From Macrostomum hystrix (lineage: Eukaryota > Animalia > Platyhelminthes): a DNA stretch of 64,000 bases. Both the position numbers and the translations under genes were made by a program. Below the pieces are notes generated by a model. It made no database searches, was not told the DNA's origin, and saw only the letters and a list, made by a program, of their open reading frames with translations. Where the stretch lies: NCBI GenBank assembly GCA_950097015.1, contig CATNEN010000005.1, forward strand, positions 930,001-994,000, given 5' to 3'. Of this stretch, positions 59,635 through 64,000 are shown in pieces (position 1 is the first letter of the stretch; every line of letters begins with the position of its first letter).

Positions 59635-60624
59635 TTAATTTATTTCTGTGTCATGTGGAATCACTAGAAGCTCAGCCCTTGTGAATGATCGTGTGGGGGC
59701 TTTTGAATTAAAGTCTTGGGATAGAAAATAGTAATCGCCGGATGCTGATGTGAAATGCCTGTTTATCTTATGTACATCAAGACTAAAGTATGGGTCTGTT
59801 GCTCTTCTCTTTGTGTCCTTTTCTAGCTCTCCTGGTAAGTAAAGGAAGCGAACGAATTCAGAGTTAGTAAGAATTTCCGGAGAATAAACGCCAGGGAGCT
59901 TTGGATAGTTGAAATTGGCGATCGGATGTTTTGATTCAACTGTGTCTTGTTTGATGGCAGTATTTGGTTTCAGGTTTGTCATTCGAGATACTTCATTGTT
60001 CAGTTGACTTATTACTGCGGGGAGTCTTTCTGTCCACTTGGTATAGTATTGGCCACTTTTTAGTTTCAGCTCTTCAGCTGTCTGCTTTGTGAAAAGTCTC
60101 TTTGCTAGAGTTAGATTGAATCTTTCAACAAAAGCCTGGTCTCTATGGAGCTCAGTTCTTCCGTAGCGCATTTTCGTATTGTTCTTTTCCATAAGGGATT
60201 TGACTGCACCCATGAATTCTTTGCCAGGATCAGTCATAAAGGTTTGGGGGTATGTGAGCGGTGAGTTTTTGTAAATGTCTTGGAGAGCAGCTGCAACTGC
60301 TTCTGACTTCTTAGTCTTAAGCGGTCTCGCTTCCTTATATCTGGAGGCAATGTCTATAACTGTGAGCGCATACTTGTAGCCTGAGTCATTGGGGAGAAAC
60401 AGAAGATCTGCTTGGTGCGCTTCATTAGGTTTATAGATGTTAAAGTGAGGTCTTGTAAATTTAACAGGTGGGAAATAGACTTGGTAAACTGCTTGCTTAG
60501 AGAGCCATCTTTCAACTGTTTGTTTTGATTCATTACTTAGTTCCGTGAGTTTGGTGACTGCATTTTTTCCTACAAAGAATCCTTTGTCGCTGTAGTAGAG
60601 CTTTTGAAGTTTCTGATCTGCCAT
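59635..60624 (-). CDS. RVE (retroviral-type DDE) integrase
   Basis: HQADL..YALTVIDIASRY (D), TDPGKEF (D), VERFNLTL (E); Polinton-type N-terminus LYYS..V..WL.KQ..YQ. Confidence 0.96.
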   Translation of the reverse strand: MADQKLQKLYYSDKGFFVGKNAVTKLTELSNESKQTVERWLSKQAVYQVYFPPVKFTRPHFNIYKPNEAHQADLLFLPNDSGYKYALTVIDIASRYKEARPLKTKKSEAVAAALQDIYKNSPLTYPQTFMTDPGKEFMGAVKSLMEKNNTKMRYGRTELHRDQAFVERFNLTLAKRLFTKQTAEELKLKSGQYYTKWTERLPAVISQLNNEVSRMTNLKPNTAIKQDTVESKHPIANFNYPKLPGVYSPEILTNSEFVRFLYLPGELEKDTKRRATDPYFSLDVHKINRHFTSASGDYYFLSQDFNSKAPTRSFTRAELLVIPHDTEIN

Positions 60625-60650
60625 TATTTTTTATTTAATTTTTTATAAAA

Positions 60651-61094
60651 ATGATGCAACGCTCTGGTGGAAACTTAGACTCACATGGACTGGTAGAAAA
60701 GCTTCCTCATCCAAACAAAGGCTGGACAATTCCCGGCTACAAATATTGCGGGCCTTTGAATCCGCTTGAAATACAGCTAGATAAAAACAATAATCCAAAT
60801 CCTGGGCATGAGCCAGTGAACGAGCTAGACTCTGTCTGTATGTGGCATGATATTAAGTATAGGGATTTTCCAGAGGAGAAGACTCGCTGGGACAAAGAAA
60901 TGCTCAGAATGCTAGACAATATGGCGGCTTCAAGCGGGTGGAGGGAATCGATCGCTCGGAAACTAGTTAAAGCTGTTATTTTTGGTAAGACAAAGTTGGG
61001 GTTGGGGCTTGGTGGAATTGGCTTTATATTGCATGCTCCAAGTAAAGAACTGGGAAGACTGCTGAAAGAGCTGGGGGTTGAGAGCGCAGAGTGA
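60651..61094 (+). CDS. Parvovirus VP1u-like phospholipase A2 domain protein (PLA2X-like)
   Basis: PGYKYCGPLN (Ca loop), PVNELDSVCMWHDIKY (HDxxY), RWD, C-terminal KTKLGLGL. Confidence 0.88.
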   Translation: MMQRSGGNLDSHGLVEKLPHPNKGWTIPGYKYCGPLNPLEIQLDKNNNPNPGHEPVNELDSVCMWHDIKYRDFPEEKTRWDKEMLRMLDNMAASSGWRESIARKLVKAVIFGKTKLGLGLGGIGFILHAPSKELGRLLKELGVESAE

Positions 61095-61510
61095 TTCAAG
61101 CAAATTCAGCTCATTTCACCCGCGAACGTTCTTCGTCACGCACGATACTCCACTGTTGCGGCTGCTGATTTCATCATGTTGTAAGTTTATTTATTTATTT
61201 TTACTTCCTGATAATCCTGTGGTAAGAATTGAAATATATCTTTTTTTTAATTAAATCGTTCTTTTTAGTCCACAAAAAATTACGTTCTACTCAACTGACC
61301 TAGAAAAGCTCCACGGTCGCCTCGTTGAAGCAAATTGACGCAAATATTTGGACTGACCCAACAGTTCCGCAAGCCAATCAAATGCCAGAAGGTGCTCATG
61401 GTAACGTTGTTATTCCTGGGGCGGCAAATGTGGCAGCAGCTGGTGGAACCGAGGATATGCAGCAGGGTTAAAGACACAATACGCGCACGTATACCCAGTA
61501 AGTATAAATC

Positions 61511-61777
61511 TATATCAACCCTGGAAGAACTCTGCCTATACAATTTGCTGTACATGAAATGAGCAGGAGCTAGAAAATCAATATTATTCTGGATCCGAAT
61601 AATATCGATTTTGGATTGCGTGAGGGTCTACAATATCAACCCTGGAAGAACTCTGCCCTATGCAATTTGCTGTACCCGAAATGAGCACAAGGAAAATCAA
61701 TATTATTCTGGATCCGAATAATATCGATTTTGGATTGTGTGAGAGTCTACAATATCAACCCTGGAAGAACTCTGCCC
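61511..61777. repeat. ~120-bp tandem duplication (2.2 copies), each full copy carrying a 39-nt palindrome
   Basis: ATATCAACCCTGGAAGAACTCTGCC recurs three times; AAAATCAATATTATTCTGGATCCGAATAATATCGATTTT at 61574-61612 and 61693-61731. Confidence 0.85.
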
Positions 61778-61996
61778 GTGTGTATTATTGGCCCACCCAA
61801 TATGTGTGAATTGAAGGAAAAACCGTGTGTATTATTGGTCCCCCCAATATGTGTGAATTGAAGGAAAAACCGTGTGTATTATTGGCCCACCCAATATGTG
61901 TGAATTGAAGGAAAAACCGTGTGTATTATTGGCCCACCCAATATGTGTGAATTGAAGGATAAACCGTGTGTATTATTGGCCCACCCAATATGTGTG
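61778..61996. repeat. 47-bp tandem repeat, 4.7 copies
   Basis: GTGTGTATTATTGGCCCACCCAATATGTGTGAATTGAAGGAAAAACC starts at 61778, 61825, 61872, 61919, 61966. Confidence 0.92.
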
Positions 61997-62246
61997 CTAC
62001 GCTCTCTCCTCTGTGTCTCTCTTTTATAAAACTATAGCACTCTAATGTAAATACTACCACTAAACTTTTGCTGCAGATGCTGAAGCTTGCCAGCCTGCTG
62101 GTGCTGGAGACGGTCAAGCAGCGGCTGAAGACGATCCTTTGATACTCTTGTGAAACCAGTGACTCTTAACTGTTAAACTCTTACTCTTACTCTTAACTCT
62201 TAACTCTTAACTACTGACTCTTAAAGCGATTGCTGAAAGACTAAAT

Positions 62247-62524
62247 ATATCGCAGACATTGTAAAGGGTTTGAATATTCTAATCAGAAGTAATCTCAGTC
62301 TTGATTGGGTGTTTAAGGGAAAGCGAACGAATATTTTGTACAACATCTCAAACTCTGTTGCTGGAGGACAGATGCTGGTAGAGAAACCAAATCCAGTGAA
62401 AAGAGTTGTGCTAAGTAATAAGGAGATTCACGAGATTGTGCTGCAGTTTGAGACGGAAGATGGTGTTGGCGTTGATTTCAACGGTGAAGAGTTTGTATTG
62501 ACGTTGATCATTGAGAGAATGTAA
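62247..62524 (+). pseudogene. 5'-truncated duplicate of the penton gene 3' end, carried in the right TIR
   Basis: Translation identical to the last ~90 residues of 48601-49398; no start codon or N-terminal two-thirds. Confidence 0.85.
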
Positions 62525-62759
62525 GCTGCTTAATGATTTCTGCAAAGTTATAGTAGCTGTCATAGTCCTTGACGTAGGTTACTCCATACTTATGAAACCA
62601 GTGACTCTTAACTGCTAGATTAATATTAGGGACATTGATATCGACGTTGGGACAATATTTCTTCATGTACTCGCTGCATTCTTTTTTGCATTGGTACTTA
62701 CTCTTGTAATTAGGCTCATGCCTTTTGTAATAAGATCCTGGAGAGACGATTGGGAGCAT
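62508..62759 (-). CDS. 83-aa TIR-encoded orphan ORF (right copy)
   Basis: Translation identical to 48366-48617. Confidence 0.5.
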   Translation of the reverse strand: MLPIVSPGSYYKRHEPNYKSKYQCKKECSEYMKKYCPNVDINVPNINLAVKSHWFHKYGVTYVKDYDSYYNFAEIIKQLTFSQ

Positions 62760-63589
62760 TTTTAATAAGAATTTAATTTTTTTTCGGAGGATGAGCACCC
62801 AAGGTTTGGGGTCTTGAGTTTTGGGAATGGGATTTTAGTGCTAATTTGATTGTCTTGGCACGCTTTTTGCAGCTTCGCTATTTTGTGCATGATCTCTTAG
62901 GGAGTGGCTGCGATAATTTGTTTTGTCCAAGATGTGCAACTCACAAACTGGAAAGTATTTTTTTTTGGCGGGGGAACCTTGTTCCTTCAGGAAAGGTAAT
63001 GGTTTGTGCATTAAGGAGGCTGCGATAATTTTTGTCCTAGATATTCAACTTACAAACTGATGTGGGATATTAAAAGTAGAGAATTTAGAATATGGAGACG
63101 GAGTTTTTTAGAGAGAGGCGGGGACCCTTTTTTTCCTGATCTCTTCGGGAATAATAAAAGTAATGGTTTGTGGATAATGGAGGCTGCGATTATTTTTGTC
63201 CTAGAAGCCCCCTCTTGCATACTACTCAAGAACCTTCATAAACACGACAGTTTTAAGTATTTTGCTGTGTTTTCTTTGATCCTGCGTTTTTGAAAGAGAG
63301 ATTTCAGTGTAATTTCTCTGACAACAGATATTTTTTGAAATCCCAGTGACTCCTCCCTTAACGAACCTGTTAGGATCATGCTTTGAACACATCAGGTGAA
63401 AAAAACTGGATATCATAGAAAGTTTATTAAGCTGTTTGCCTTCAGGGTTGCACAAAGAAAATTATATGAACAGCTCTGCAACAAAGAATGTAGTCAGATA
63501 GGTGAAGAGTACTTTGCAGAGGGCAGTGCAGTAACTATTTTGCTATTTATTTTTATATGAAGAAAATCTTATAAAAGTCTGTTGAAAAG

Positions 63590-64000
63590 AAGGTCACATG
63601 ATCACAAAATCATATGACCTTCCCTAAATTCAAAGTCACATGACCTCCCTTGATTTAAAGTCAAATGACCTCCGCTAGATTCAAAGTCGCATGACATCCC
63701 TTGATTCAAAGTCACATGACCTCCCCTTGATTCAAAGTCACATGACCTCCCCTAGATTCAAAGTCGCATGACCTCCCTTGATTCAAACTCACATGACCTC
63801 CCCTAGATTCAAAGTCACATGACCTCCCCTAGATTCAAAGTCACATGACCTGCCCTAGATTCAAAGTCACGTGACCTCCCTTGATTCAAAGTCACATGAC
63901 CTCCCTTGATTTAAAGTCACATGACCTCCCCTTGATTCAAAGTCACATGACCTCCCCTAGATTCAAAGTCGCATGACCTCCCTTGATTCAAAGTCACATG
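63590..64000. repeat. 25-26-bp minisatellite (TTCAAAGTCACATGACCTCCC(C)TAGA/TTGA), running off the window
   Basis: Direct inspection. Confidence 0.92.

Larger units (their letters stand above)
47899..63226. mobile_element. Full-length Polinton/Maverick (adintovirus-like endogenous virus), 15,328 bp
   Basis: 5'-AGTAGT...ACTACT-3' termini; CAAGAA duplicated at 47893-47898 and 63227-63232; long TIRs; complete set of pPolB, RVE integrase, ATPase, protease, MCP and penton. Confidence 0.97.
62247..63226 (-). repeat. Right terminal inverted repeat (980 bp)
   Basis: Reverse complement of 47899-48878. Confidence 0.95.

Noticed and set aside
49565-59684. Antisense or alternative-frame ORFs overlapping Polinton genes (e.g. 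50021-50722 +, 53854-54159 -, 57616-57927 +, 59145-59345 +)
   Set aside because: They shadow well-supported genes, have no motifs and lack the A-rich start signature.
61280-61562. ORFs 61280-61555 (-) and 61335-61562 (+) in the Polinton
   Set aside because: They start within or run into the 120-bp repeats and have no recognisable motif or typical start context; they cannot be supported.
61778-61996. CRISPR-like regular repeats (also the many host arrays)
   Set aside because: Units are head-to-tail with no unique spacers, there are no cas genes, and the context is eukaryotic.
62270-62524. A second functional penton gene
   Set aside because: Only the 3' third is present, beginning at a TTG inside the TIR; treated as a truncated duplicate.

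Overview
Animal (metazoan) genomic DNA with GT-AG introns; the taxon cannot be fixed from sequence alone. Bases 1-47.9 kb are host DNA, with roughly 40% of it in about 18 mostly unrelated mini/microsatellite arrays. Interspersed are two tRNA-head SINE families, a hAT-type MITE, decayed Penelope-like and LINE fragments (with a foldback duplication), a spliced orphan gene, a spliced DEG/ENaC channel gene and two tandem intronless PAN/apple + LamG secreted-protein paralogues. The main feature is a complete, apparently intact 15,328-bp Polinton/Maverick (adintovirus-like endogenous virus) at 47899-63226. It has AGTAGT...ACTACT termini, a 6-bp CAAGAA target-site duplication and 980-bp terminal inverted repeats that look identical. 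It encodes minor and major capsid proteins, packaging ATPase, adenain protease, protein-primed PolB, RVE integrase, a parvovirus-type PLA2, an adenovirus pX-like core protein, a membrane protein with PSAP motifs and several orphans. Unusually, the TIR includes a whole small ORF and the 3' third of the penton gene, and the right TIR is joined to the interior through a patchwork of templated fragments.
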